A DNA stretch of 60,389 nucleotides, filler included, from Dugesia japonica (Eukaryota): assembly GCA_001938525.1 (NCBI GenBank). It is 5 parts of 5 records of this genome, joined end to end, with 100 filler letters (N's around TTAATTAATTAA, not from the genome) between each part and the next. Parts side by side here need not be neighbours in the genome. Positions count along the whole stretch, not along the records: positions 8,803 to 33,204 come from MQRL01581488.1; positions 33,305 to 41,555 come from MQRL01565720.1; 3 more parts are not named here. One strand, 5' to 3'. The translations under genes were made by a program, and so were the position numbers. The notes under the pieces were generated by a model that made no database searches, had not been told where the DNA came from, and saw only the letters and a list, made by a program, of their open reading frames with translations. Within the stretch, counting starts at the first letter, position 1; each line of letters starts with the position of its first letter. Below are positions 27,601 through 41,555 of this stretch, piece by piece.

Positions 27601-27960
27601 AGAATTCCTGTTTCGTCTGACAGTAGTAAATCAAAGATATCCATCAAATTAAAATCGTTAACGATAGTCCACTCTTCGATATCCTTAAACCATTTTGAAG
27701 CTTCTTCTGCACCTATTCTGTCATATTTTCTGACGTTAAAATTTATTAACTCCTGTTTTCTTTTGGTAACGCATCTAAAATTGCTTTCCGTTGATACTGT
27801 TGCCTTGTTACTGCATTTACAGTTTTGGCGTAGTTGTCAGTTACAATATCCTTGTCCACTATCATATTACCATTACAACTAAGATTAGAAACTTTATTAA
27901 ATATAAATTATAGTGTTAATTCGTATTATTCAAATAACGTTATTTCGAATTTCTATAACT
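24687..27960 (-). mobile_element. Internally deleted Ty3/gypsy retrotransposon with 122-bp AGTT...AACT LTRs
   Basis: LTRs at 24687-24808 and 27839-27960 with 5-bp TSD ATAAT and PPT GAAGGAGAGG. Coding remnants: RT (RMPFGLVTAPETFQ), RNase H (RTDHKAL), integrase (VDIAY, TDRG, QSNGLVE, YEGPY). No protease is visible. Confidence 0.93.
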
Positions 27961-28259
27961 ATAATAATTAAAAATAATAATAAATTATTCTTTCAAACAT
28001 TTAAATGCAAATTAATCTTTGATCGAAAATCTAACATTATTATACTCCGTAGTGGCTATATAATAACTTCTTACTACCATTTTTGCATGTTTCATTTATC
28101 TCTGCAGGTTTTCAATAATATAGCTCAGTAACTAAGTTTGATACTCAGTAAAATTTTAAATGTAAATTTCTTTAAAAAGCTGTTATATTATATACAAGAC
28201 CTTGAATAAACTATAACAAAACCCTTTGTTGGAAAAAGGTCTTTAAACGTATAATCGGA

Positions 28260-30035
28260 GCAATTATATATTTATCTGAACATAATTTAGCTTTCCGAGG
28301 AAGTAATGATACGCTATATTCATCGCACAATAGAAACCTTTTAGGTTTATTAGAACTGATTGCTCGATTTGATCCGGCTTTAAAAGATCATCTTAATCGT
28401 ACTACCATTCAAAATGTCATGGAAAAAGTAGAAACTGTTATTTGTCTCATTTCATTCAAAATGAATTAGATAATTCTTTGGGAAAAAAAGTTAAAAACAA
28501 AATAATAGAATTGATAAAGCGTTACATGTATTATTCTATATTACTTGATTGTACTCATGATATAAGTCATCAGGAGCAACTATCAGTTATCTTACGCTTT
28601 GTTGACATAAAAGAAAGGGAAGTAAAAATTCTGGAAAATTTTAAAGCATTTGTAAGAGTAAATCCACACTACGGGAAAGGGCTTATCTGAGACAATAAAT
28701 GATGTTTTAAATACCACAGGTCTAAAACTATCTGACTGCCAAGGCCAAGGATACGACAACGGGATGAATATGAAATGAGTGTATAAAGGAGTGCAGGCAT
28801 ACATTTCAGGCATACATTTGCCATAATCCGAATTTACTCTTAGGAGATATCGCAAAATGTTCAGTCATAACAATTAAAAAATTTTTGGCGTCTTACAAAT
28901 GATCTAGACGAAATAGAAAATTTTTTGAGTATGAAGGGTATGATGAACCATCCGATGATTCTAAAGAAAGTTTCAGAAAAAACTATTTTTTAAAAATTAG
29001 TGATACTGCACGTATCTGTTTTCAAAAAAGATTCGAATGTTATGATAAACATAACAATATTTTTGGGTTTTTATACAATTTAAATAAATTAAAATTGAAA
29101 GATGATAGTTACATTTCAAATTGATGTAAGGACTTACAACTAGCAATAAAAGGAAATATAGATGCTATGGATTTATATGAAGAAATTAAGTTAATTATGA
29201 ATATCGTTCCTGAAAATAGAATTGCTTTAGAATTATTAAAATATATTATTAAAAACTACTTGCTGGAAATTTATCCGAATTTAATTACAAGTCTGCAAAT
29301 ATTGTCGACGATGCCTGTTACCATGGCTTCAGCAGAACGATCATTTTCAAAGCTGAAAATCATAAAAAATTATCTACGGTCAACAATTAGTCAAGAGAGG
29401 TTTACTTCATTATCAAAATGAAATTGCAAGAGTAATAAATTACAATGATATAATTGAAGAATTCAGTACAAAAAGAGCTCTTAAAATAAAAAAGATTTAT
29501 TTGTATACATATAATATTCTGACATTTACTATTGTTTTAAGTAAAAAATCTATTTAACATGATCATTTTGTTTATATTTTTCTTATGAAATTTACTTAAA
29601 TTCATAAATTCTTTTTCAAAACTATAATAAATTTACTTAATTCTGAGCATTTTAAATAGATCAGTCATCATAAACTTAAAGTACATACAAGTTAATATTT
29701 GTGTTTTTATTTCAATAAAATAAAGATACTAATGATTTCCATTTTTCAAAATTATGATTACATTGCAATTTTCAGAATACTGATATTATCCATATAAAAA
29801 TGAAATCAGAAATTTTTTATATATGTATATATATTTTTCTTTAAGTTATGCCAGTTAAAAAACTTATTGGAATATGTTATATATGGAACGATGGATGTCA
29901 ATTATATTTTATAATAGTAAATTATTTTCGCAGATTTCAATCTCTTAGGTTGAAAAAAAGCAAAGAAAATTAATAAACAAAATAGCCCCGTGGTTAATTT
30001 CGCACAAGGCCCCGCAAATGTTCAAGCAGGCGCTG
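28260..30035 (+). mobile_element. hAT transposon remnant (ZMYM/Charlie-like transposase) with probable 3' terminus
   Basis: LSEHNLAFRG, YYSILLDCTHDISHQEQLSVILRFV, GQGYDNG and the dimerisation motif PVTMASAERSFSKLKIIKNYLRSTISQER. A GC-rich end ...GCAGGCGCTG sits at 30035. Confidence 0.9.
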
Positions 30036-30621
30036 ACAAATCAATTTAATATGGATTGTAATATTAATATATCAAATATAACAAAACAACACAGAAGAAT
30101 TGCATAAAGGTGGCTAGATGAGTTTAAAGTGCTTAGCGGATAATTAATGTCAAAACTCATTTCCATAAAAGATTTATTCGCTAAAGAAAACAATAAATAA
30201 AAATTTGCTTTTTTTAAAAGAAATTTTAATATTTATATTCAAAACGAAAAATATCAAATATCAGAATATTGTAAAATGTTTTAATTTAAAATTTTATTAA
30301 TTTAAAATTTAAAAATACAGTAAAAAACAAATTTCATTGACAATATTTTATACTGTATTTTATTTAAAATTTATTATATTTTATTTTATCTAAAATAATA
30401 ATAATGTAAAATATTAGAAATGCAATTTCAAATGCAAATGAAAAAGTATATTTCATTGACAAACCGAAATTTGGAAATATTAAGAATATTAACTAAATTA
30501 CAAAAAGTTCAATATATATTTAGTTATTTTTATAAATAATGAAAAGGATAATTTATTTATTATGAATTATGTTTTTAATACAAATTTAAATATTTAACAA
30601 AACTATTTCAATAAATATCGG

Positions 30622-33204
30622 TTAAAACCCAGAAAATTCTAATCTGCTTTTAAAAACATTTTCACATCCACTTTTAGAAGAAATTTTTACTTGCTCTTTT
30701 CCTCTTGCTCTTTGTGCAATCTTTGTTTTATACCATTTTTCTTTTCTCATTCTTTTCCTAAATACGATTTCAGCAGGGCTTTTCCCGATGGTTTTTAGTT
30801 TTCTAGCATTTATGGTAAATTCTATCTCTGGCAATCTAAGGTTTTCATTTCTTTAAGTGTCGCATTTATCATATCGCACATAGTTCTAAAATGTCTCTCG
30901 ATTTCTTCATTTGTGTTCTGATGGAATAGACTCAAACACATGAGGATAATTCCATGTTCAGCTGCAAAATCTTTCATTGATTAAAAATCAAATGCAAACA
31001 GCTTTAATTTCTCTCGGACAAATGAACTTTAATATCCACTTCTCCGTTTTTGCCTTCCGTTGGTATCTTCATCTTTTTTTGCGATTACTATCAAGGCTAT
31101 ATACTTATTGAATTTATCTATTATACCGAGAACATATATTTTTTTACCTCTTGTCTCCAGCAGTGGTCCGCATACATCTATAAATAACAGTTCAAACATT
31201 TCGGCTGGCTGTGTCTTTTTCGTTTCTTCCTTCGTTTTTGTTTTTAACATTTTAACTTTCTGGCATGTTATACAGCTTCAGATAACCTCTTGTACTTTGC
31301 TCCACAAATGTTTCGCGGTAAATTTATGCTTCGTTTACGCTGCTACCATTCCTGCTCCAGCATGATATAATAGATGGTGTATCCTCCTTATGGCCTCTTA
31401 TAATTTATCATTAGATATCCATGTTTCTTCATCATTTTCTTCAAAGTTTTCTTGCTTCTTTTGGAAATCTTCTGTATTTAACATCATTATTTTTACGTTT
31501 CCACTCTTGAGATCTTTATGCAAAATTTAAAATTGTTCGCATTTATTCTTTGACAACATATCCGCATTTGTGATCCTTTTCTATGTTCAAATTTTATATC
31601 TAAATTGCTCAAATAATCAATCCAAGTTTGAAACTGTGATGTGATTGGTTTCTTGTTATTTAGCATAAAAATGATAGCTTTATCGTCTGTTCTAAGCATA
31701 AATCTTTTTCCATATAAATAATATTTGAAATAAATAAAAAAGTAGTAAATAACGAGCAATTTGTTTTCGCGCAGTAATATATCCTTTCACATGACTCGTC
31801 ATTGTGTGTGCAATTACTCTTTCTTGCCCATTGTTGTCCCTTTGAGATAATACTGTCCTAATCGTGTCGAAACTCACATCTGTGTTCAAAATTAATCCTC
31901 TATTTATATCTGGAGAACATAATATTGGGTACATCATAAATGCTTCTTTCATTCTTTCAAAACTTCTAATTCGTTCGTCCATTCAATCTTCTTGTTACTC
32001 GACACTTGGCCTCTTCAATCTTCTTTTCTGGACTCATTGGTAGGCGATACGGGTTCATGTTGATTGGACTTCCTTAAGTGATTATTCAATGCTTTGTAAG
32101 TATGTGAATTCAGTGTTCCATTTATCTGCCATAAATACATCCTTATTATTTTGAAAAATCGCAGTGAATCTATGATCTTTGTTAATTTTTAGAATATCCA
32201 TTGCTTGTCTCAATCGTTCAACCGTATGTATCTACCTTCAAAACTTTCTCTTAATGTTGAAAAAACAATTCTCGAGGTTTAATGATGTCTACCATACACT
32301 TTTTTAGAAGACGATACCCAAAAATACTCTGAAATTACACTTCGCCAATTAAATCTGGCATAAATTTCTCTACTTTTATAAATGCTACTTCCTTGCACAT
32401 CTCTGAAACTACAACTTTGACACGCATCTTTCCAATCGTCTTCAATAAGATGTTATTCGCGCAATACAATCGTTCCTCACTTTTCTCTAACATTGTTTCT
32501 CCGAGTCTATTAAATCCTTTCATGCTCATCACATGTATTCTTGCTCCTGTATCTAACAAACAATCAATCTGTTTGTTCTTGATCATCACTGAAATGCTCG
32601 GTCTCACTTTCATCCTATCATATGAAACTTCTACGTTCTGCTTCTCTTTAATTGTTTCTATTATTTCTTCTTTGTTAACTTCCGCATCATTAAAACGTAC
32701 TCTTTTTAGGAATCTGTAAACCTTTTATCTCACTTTACTCGTCTCATTCCATTTATAGACCTCCTAAAGATAATCAAATAGTATTTCGAATAATGAATGG
32801 TTCCGACCAACTCCTCTACCGATGTAGCCTTTCATTTTGGGTATTCTCTTCTCGGATCTTCATTTCCTATTATGCTCTCAGAAAAAATCTCTTTATTCGC
32901 ATTATCATCCTTTTCTTGAATGGCATTGATTTGTTTTTGACCGCTTTTAAAATTGTATCTTCTGTCTTCTAGTCTTGGTTTATTAATTTTCGAATAACAT
33001 TCTTCCGCTTTGTGACACGGTCTTTTACATCTACTACATAAAATTTCTGTGCACATCCTTGTAATATAACCAATCGTACCAAACCCAAAATATTTTGGTG
33101 GTTTCTTGTCTGAATAATTTCTACTTAAATGCCATTTTTTGTGACAAGTTCAACATTCCACATGGGAATTTTCGGACACTCTCTTTTTGTATGCCCATAA
33201 CTTT
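30622..33204 (-). mobile_element. Ty3/gypsy remnant (gag Zn knuckles, protease, RNase H, integrase; RT mostly deleted)
   Basis: CSRCKRPCHKAEEC knuckle, CLLDTGA protease, LNTDVS/LRTDDKA RNase H, FELLFIDVCGPL integrase. Many frameshifts. Confidence 0.88.
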
Positions 33205-33304
33205 NNNNNNNNNNNNNNNNNNNNNNNNNNNNNNNNNNNNNNNNNNNNTTAATTAATTAANNNNNNNNNNNNNNNNNNNNNNNNNNNNNNNNNNNNNNNN
33301 NNNN

Positions 33305-33960
33305 GAAATAATATTTGGTACTGAAATGAGATTAAGTACTAGGATCGCTTCAGGAGAAATAAAAAATCAGAAAACCAACGAACAGGCAAAGAAAGAGTTT
33401 GCAGATAGCAATATTAAAAAGAAAAGAAACCAGCTAAAAATACCGGAAGAACCACAAACAAAACAAAACAAAGCCAAAGTATGGGATTTGGTTATTGTAA
33501 AATGGAACGAGAGGGGTATGCTTACGAGGAGATTCTCAGGACCATGGAAAGTTAATAATATTTTACCTTATAATAATTTAGAGCTTTTACTGAACAATAA
33601 AAGAATAACAAGGAATATTCACCTAGTAAAATGGTTCAAGGGAGAGATTTGTCAAACTAATTACAATTCTGAATCTATCATCAGTATAGCAACGAGACCT
33701 AATACATTAGAGTTGCAGAAAACCGAAAGTAAAGACAAGCGCTACCCAATTCGAGAGCGAAAAGTAAATCTTAAATACAAACAATAAATTCGAGAAGGGG
33801 ATGTAGTTTAGTCGAACTAATATGTAATTGGCAGTTATTTATAATATATTTTGTCTATTTAGTTTCTTTTATTTATAAAACAACAGTGTTCAATAAAGAT
33901 TAACTATGTATTGAAATAAATCTTGTTATATCAATAATGTCTTTATTTTTCACTTGAACT
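33305..33960 (+). mobile_element. Ty3/gypsy 3' end (integrase C-terminus, PPT, LTR start)
   Basis: ORF 33326-33787 has RRFSGPWKV and RYPIRERK. PPT GAGAAGGGGA is followed by TGTAG at 33802. The LTR right end is uncertain. Confidence 0.75.
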
Positions 33961-35657
33961 ACTTTAAACAATGTATAGGTAACTTTTTATTCTGATTTTA
34001 ACGGAGTAAAAGTAATATGATGATTTAATTATAATTATAAATATAATCAATAATTATATATGATTTCGAGAACCAAGCTTATTTGTACAGTAAGCCCTAT
34101 ATAACAATGTTCGTTTTTTTCTAAGACGATTTGTACAAATTTTAAAACCATACCATCAATATTGACTGAGAAATTTATAACACAATGTTCAAGTTATTTA
34201 GTGCTGCACTTTTATCTCAAAGAACGACACATTTTTATACAACAAACCATAAAATATGTTCATTTTGTTATTCTGAGTTCAAAGATACTAAATTTGTTTG
34301 ATTATCATAAATAATGCTAGAGTCAATAATTTTTTTTATCTAAGGTGGGATAATGTATCAAGCAGTTTTCTATCTTGAGAATGAACCATATCTTTCAAGC
34401 AGCCTTTACATAAAATTTGTTTATTTTAAACCGAATAATACTATTTACTACGCGATACAATACGTTTTGGCTGAGAAATTTATAAAACAAGTCAAAGAGA
34501 TTCACTGCTGCACACCATTTTCTTAGAGAACCTTACATATTAATACAGCAAACTCTATAAAAAAATGTTCAACTTTTAATTCTAACACAATTAGTATGAA
34601 ATTTGAAACAATACAATCATTTTTGACCGAAAAATGTGGTTGACACAGAAATCAGAGATCCTGACCATAACGTTAACTTTTGCCGCCTTATAGTCCTCAA
34701 CTAATTGAGGAACTTTTTCCAAGTGGAAATCATTGATTAAGAGTTTAGGTTGTGCCAGTTTAGAGCAGATAATAGCAGCGTTTACCATCACACCGAATAA
34801 CTCAAGAAGACTGCACTTAAGTGAAAGAATTTACAAGAGCATTGCAAAGCAAGAATTTTAATAATTTTTTTATAATCTTGATTTCATTAATGTAATTTTA
34901 TTTAAACTTGTTTGTGTATTTTTATACTGCAATTTAATTTGTTTTCAGAGAGTTTAATATTTTAAAACAGGATGTAGTATTTTGCAAAGATAATTTAATT
35001 TTTTGAGAAAAATATCTAATATTTTGAAATATCCTGCAATTCAACTAATATAAACAATATACTCATTTATTTCGTGCATCATCTAAATAATTTAATTCAT
35101 CATACTTATTTACAGACATTCCTTTCATGTGGCTAAGTGGGGTTTGTTCTAGCTCTACAGATTTATCAATCCATTATGACTTGTGACACCAGTTTAAATT
35201 GAATATAAAAAACAAGACTAAATATTATTTTCAAAAATCATTTTAAAACTCTACTTCAAAAGATCTGTCAAATTAAACAATTTAGAATGTTAAAATATTT
35301 TAAAAAAACACATTTTTTAAATAATATTTTTAATTATTTTAACATTTTAAATGTTTTTAAATTTATTCATTTTAAGTTTAAATATGTATTTATTTAATTC
35401 AATTTTGATTTTAATGGAATACTTTTTAAATTAATTTTTAAAAATTTGTATTTGAACATAGAATGAACGAAAAGAGGTTATAGAAGCACTAAAATATTAT
35501 ATTATTATTTGTTTGAATATTCGATAAAAATCGGCATATAATTTTTAAAATGAAATTTGTTGCAATTAATAAATTCTAATGGAAAACTTTGTCGACACTT
35601 TTGCAATAACTAATAAAAGTAAAAATAACAAAATGAATTTCTCCAAAATTTTAATAT

Positions 35658-35803
35658 TTAATTATTAACACATTTTACAATTTCAGTTTGATTCTGTATC
35701 TTCGTTTTCCATGGAATAAACATTAGTGCACTTCCAAAAATATAGAGTAATCCACAAAGAACAAAACCTCCACAAAACTTTCCAGTAGATAAATAAATGA
35801 TAC
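35658..35803 (-). CDS. Last coding exon of MFS monocarboxylate transporter (SLC16-like)
   Basis: Acceptor TCTTTAG| at 35804. A phase-1 join to the upstream exon gives GPIGSIIYLSTGKFCGGFVLCGLLYIFGS, the TM11-TM12 region, followed by a stop. Confidence 0.82.
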
Positions 35804-36175
35804 CTAAAGAATTACCATTTATGATTAAAATACAATGCATTAAAATTAATTATTTAGTTAGTTAGTTATTGAATAACTAAGTGTTTTGATCTTATTGTAT
35901 ATAAGAACAAGCTATATTTCTAAATAAAATTGTGGTGTAATAACAATGAATTCTCTTTTTTAGTGTATCTAAATTGTAATATTCTATCTGTCTTAAGATA
36001 ATATTATATATTAAAAATAATTGATAAAATACAATTATAAAAACATTTAAAAATTACAATAATTACATTTAATTTTATTCTGAACTAACTTTTATTAATG
36101 CATCATATTTTTACAAAAGTAAAGATACATACTTAGCGCCGACATAGCATGCAAATGAAATCTACTAAAAAGGCT

Positions 36176-37705
36176 CCAACAACAACCCATCTTTGAGGGA
36201 TTTCATTTTTGTTTTATTCTTTCGTTTGCTGAAGAGTTTTTTTTACTCGAAATCAATGTCTTTTGCCTGCTCTCTTTCTTCCTGTTGTCTATGGATCTCA
36301 TGCTCAATTTGATTTTCTCATCAACTACCCACCTTATTCGGTACATCAATTACTTTAGGAAGTTGCCTGATCATGTTCACTTTGCATGTTTTTGTCTTTT
36401 AGTTTTAGTTTAAACTTGAAAATTTTGAGCATATGCACAAATAAACAAACACCACTGAGTTTTTAATATATTAATTGAAAATTTTAAAAGCTATAATAAA
36501 AAATCACAATTTTTGAATATTAATAATTGTTTTTCTATTAATAGTATTATAAAATTAATACTATAAAATAATACTACATAATACTATAAAATCTAATTGT
36601 GTACAACTAGGGAATGAGAAATTTAGAATGTGTGTTGAATATAAAATTTCAAGGTGTTTAAAATTATTTTAAAATGAAATGTATTTTTTAGTTTATTTTA
36701 AAATTTGTTCATAAAACTTTAAAATTAAAAAATTTAACAACTGCTGATATTTGATATTTTTCGCTTTTAAATATGAATTTTTAAATTTGTTTGTAAAAAG
36801 CAAATTTATGTTATTAGTTTTGTTTTTGAATAAATTTTCCTATGGAGTTGAATCAAAACTTATCTAACAACATATTAAAAAAATTTGAGAAACACTAATT
36901 TTGATTATTTATGAATTATGAATTTTTAATAAATTTTCAAATTNNNNNNNNNNNNNNNNNNNNNNNNNNNNNNNNNNNNNNNNNNNNNNNNNNCAACAAC
37001 AACCCATCTTTGAGGGATTTCATTTTTGTTTTATTCTTTCGTTTGCTGAAGAGTTTTTTTTACTCGACACCAATGTCTTTTGCGTGCTCTCTTTCTTCCT
37101 GTTGTCCATGGATCTCATGCCCAATTTGATTTTCTCATCAACTACCCACCTTATTCGGTACATCAATTACTTTAAGAAGTTGCCTGATCATGTTCACTTT
37201 GCATGTTTTTGTCTTTTAGTTTTAGTTTAAACTTGATAATTTTGAGCATATGCACAAACAAACAAACACCACTGAGTTTTTAAAGCTATAATGAAAAATC
37301 ACAATTTTTGAATATTAATAATTGTTTTTCTATTAATAGTATTATAAAAATTAATACTATTAAATAATACTACATAATACTATAAAATCTAATTGTGTAA
37401 AACTAGGGAATGAGAAATTTAGAATGTGTGTTGAATATAAAATTTCAAGGTGTATAAAATTATTTTAAAATGAAATGTATTTTTTAGTTTATTTTAAAAT
37501 TTGTTAATAAAACTTTAAAATTAAAAAATTTAACAACTGCTGATATTTGATATTTTTCGCTTTTAAATATGAATTTTTAAATTTGTTTGTAAAAAGCAAA
37601 TTTATGTTATTAGTTTCGTTTTTATCTAACATACATATTAAAAAAATTTGAGAAACACTAATTTTGATTATTTATGAATTATGAATTTTTAATAAATTTT
37701 CAAAT
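36176..37705. repeat. ~750-bp direct duplication across an N gap (intronic)
   Basis: 36176-36943 is nearly identical to 36994-37705 apart from SNPs and small indels. Confidence 0.9.
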
Positions 37706-37903
37706 TGATCTCAACTCTAATTTTTGAAATTAAAACTAATTCAAATCATATTAAATTTTAAATTTAAATTAATTTAAAATTAAAAGTTTGTTAAATCTAA
37801 ATTTTACAAGAGAAAACATTAAAAAAANNTTTACAGTTTTAAAATATCTTATAAATAAACTTAATGCATTTTCTATCGTAAAAATCTTTAATATTTAACT
37901 AAC

Positions 37904-38794
37904 TTCCAATGGGCCCACAAAGGAAAAACCCGATCGCTTCAAAAATCATCAAATAACTAAAAGCCAAATTGAAATTCTTTTTTCCAACAATTTCAATAAC
38001 AACATCTGGCAGAAGACAACCAGACGGCGCATTAAATAATCCAATAATACTTGTCAGAAATACTATAAAATGGTATTCTTCAACAAATGGAAGTATTAAT
38101 ACCATAATTCCCGTAACTCCCAATGAAATACTGTAATTAAAAATGGCATTTGTAAATAAAAATTTGTTGATAATGCCGAATAGAATTCGACCTAATAAAT
38201 TCGAAATACCGAAAACCGATATGAGAAATGAATTCAATAAATTACTATTTCCTTTCGACTGTGAATAACGATTTAAGAACAACAATATTATCGATTGACC
38301 TCCATGAATACAAACATTATTTATTCCTAGAACAAAAAAGTTCAAATGATTGAAAATTTCAAATGCTGAAAACCAATATTTAATAATTATAAATAGTTGA
38401 TCTATTTTCGATTTGTTTTCGCAAGAATTTTCGTAATCTTTACTATTTTCATTTTCTAATAAATAAGATTGGTTTTCTTTTTCAAATGATTTTTTGATTG
38501 GAACAATGGAATTTTTACTAAATTTCAATTGGACTTCATTTGTGGAATTTTCTGAAGAAATACAAATGTTTAATGCGAAACCCACTACAAATAAATTCAT
38601 TGTGATTCCAACAACAATTAACAGACAGGATCGCCATCCATAAGTTCTGAGCAATATTTCTAGCATTATTGGATAAATAAATGTTCCCATTCCAACACCT
38701 GATACTGCTATTCCAACTGTTATACTACGCCATTTCTCAAAGCGTAAACTAACAACTGAAATTATTGGAATGTATGATAATCCTAAACCGACTC
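37904..38794 (-). CDS. Large internal exon of MFS monocarboxylate transporter (SLC16/MCT-like)
   Basis: Bounded by TTCAG| and |GTTAGT. Encodes GLGLSYIP...FEKWRSITVGIAVSGVGMG, YGWR and NLLGRILFG, the MCT family motifs. The 5' exons were not located. Confidence 0.9.
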
Positions 38795-41520
38795 CTGAAT
38801 TTGAATTGAATTAATTAATAATTTCAAATATTATTTGATGATGATAATAATGATACAAATAATACTACAGTCAATAAGAACACAGCTAACTTTACAAATA
38901 ATTAAAAGTACAACGTAAATAGGAAAACAAGAGTTTAATGAGTGACAACGAGCGATGCGAGAAGAAGGATTATGATGACACTGAAACGACAAAGTAAGGG
39001 AAGGAGCGAAAATGAGAAGAGTTTAAGTGAAGAAATAAATTACAAGATCAAAATAAGAGCAAGAAAAATAACGATTAAAGATAAAATTTAATCTAAAATA
39101 GAGAATTAATTATTTAAAGTAGAAACAGATTTATTTTATTAAATAACTAAATTATTTTCGAAAAGATATGATTTAATAATTCACTGAATCATTTAATTCC
39201 ACCAAAAACAAAAACTTAAAATTTACAGGTTCAGATTTTTGGAACAAAAAAGTCTTCGATGAAATCAATGATAGAAATCTAGAAAATCAAGTTTAGAATG
39301 TTAGGAGTATATTAATCTCTCCACCCTTAATTTTAGATGGTTTTTGTAGTATCCTGTTACATTAGCTGATCAGACTGTTCTAGTTTCTAAATTTGTTATG
39401 CTTGTAGTTGGGCTGTTTATGTTGAGACGTCTACGAAAATCCTTTTTCTCTATTATTATAGGGTATCTGTTAAATAAAACTTCAATAGTCAATGATATTC
39501 CTGCATGTCATTGCGCTGGTTTTTATGATAGATAGTTAACCCATGTGGATATAGTAGAATTTTAAAATTGGTTCGGTTTATAATTAGGATCTACTGTTAG
39601 GGGGAACATATTTTATTTTTCCGCGTAATTTATCCAAGCCTATCTAATAACCTGTTTTATTAGTTGAACTTTTCCCGGTTTAGTTTTATTTGACTTTATT
39701 GCATGGTAGTAACTAGATGCTTCCATTACACTTCCAAATTTTTATTTGAACTATCATCACTGTCATTGCTGTTATTTCGATTCATACGACTTTGACTGAA
39801 TCAAAATATTATGTTTTTTCCTTTTCTTTCTCATCTATTCAAATAAAAGTCTAATCTGCACTATTAATTCCAAGAAAAACAAGGAACCAAAATCAGCAAA
39901 ACTTTTCATTGATAACCTATTAAAGACCAATGTCACAAGGGCTTTTATTGTCAACAATCAATTTTGTACCTATCAATTATGGCTTTAACTCCTAAGCCCA
40001 ATCACAGTCTTTTCTGAGTATTGAATTATCAGTATCGGAACCAAATCTTGATAAACAAGTCAAAAGTGATTATGAAAAAATAGAAAGCAATATATCAAGC
40101 CAAAACAATGAATAACAAGCTAGTCTCCAACGTATGCATTGGCACCCAAATAAGTCAGTTATTACTACTTTAATTGAACCAATTAATTCTGCAATCAAGC
40201 ATTATGATCAAATAACCGCAACCTCAACAATAGCCGAACAAAACAATCAGGTAGGAAAATAATTGAGACTCAATCCCAACAAAGTTAAGTTAAAAATTTG
40301 GATCTAATCCAGGCAACAAGTAACTATATTAACTAAACAGTTATCCTAAAAAAACATTAACTATTTGATACAAAGGAAGTAACATTAAATTGATGTTTTT
40401 ATTTAAATGTATAAACGCATAATGGATGATATCCGATTATTGATGTTATGTATCTTTCATGACATAATAGTATTCTTATTATTGGAAACCTTAAGGTTTA
40501 GCCAGACAAAACCGCAATAAAAAACAATAAGTATGAAGCAAACTATAAGAATAAAAAAGAATACCCAAAGTGAAAAGCTGTGAATAAAGCTAACGAATTC
40601 CGAAACGGAACTTTGTCAGAAGAGGGAATAATTTATAAGGGTAGAACACTATGTAAAACAACTACAAGAAGGCAATAAATTAGCTAAATTTAGAAGCATA
40701 CAGAATAATGATAAAATATTACTAGATTAATGAGATTAACAATATTAAAGAACAATAATGAAATTATCAACACTCAATAAAAAGAACAAACACAAAATGC
40801 ACAAAAAATAATCATCAATCAACATATTGAATAAAATAAATGCCGAAAAGCATGAAGTGGTTACATGTAGAGTAATGGGAGTTGGTTATCTGAAGAAATA
40901 ATTGAATTAATTGTTACGGGAAATAATTAAAATAGTAGAGTAATTATAGTGATAACAATTGCAAAAACTATTAGCAAGTGAATACTCATAGAGACAAAAA
41001 TAATTTCTACTTAATTAAGCATTACCAAACAAAATTAATGAAAATTAACTGCAACAGTTAAGGAATAATAAAATAAATGGCGAGAAATTTCACATTACTC
41101 AGTTGACCTCATTTTATTGTATTCTAACCATTGGAATTTTATTTCTTATGATAAATTTCAGTCATGAAATCGTGAGAATTTTCGAACTTTGCGCACTGAG
41201 AATAACTATTATTTAAATGTTTTCATAGATGTTAATTTTCACACCGGAATCTAAACAATGCATTTTTCTATTAAATTTAAATTTATTTTTTTTATAAGCA
41301 TGTGAAATTTTAAAAACATATTATTTTCATTAATATTGTTATTATTATTAAAAAATGTTTTATTTATAACGTGTGAACTTTCACACCTCCGCACTGAACT
41401 TTTGCACCCTAAACTTTATAAATTTTTTTTTAAAATTCACATGAAAAACGATGAGCCTCAAATTATTTATTCCTCGTGTATACTTCATACTGTGAACATG
41501 AATTTTCTCATAATATATTA

Positions 41521-41555
<35 letters not shown>

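Noticed and set aside
27328-27882. 184-aa plus-strand ORF, and similar ORFs at 23139, 26021, 31060, 32393 and 45165
   Set aside because: Antisense shadows of retroelement coding sequence with no independent motifs.
34165-34800. Possible second piggyBac C-terminal remnant with a short internal duplication
   Set aside because: Only VNAAII-type similarity, too degenerate to support.
36176-37705. Tandem duplication as a biological event
   Set aside because: The copies sit on either side of an N gap and differ by allele-level changes, so uncollapsed haplotypes are the likelier cause.
39300-41100. Possible decayed gypsy pol or MCT 5' exons
   Set aside because: No ORF in the track and no convincing motif or splice-bounded hydrophobic exon.
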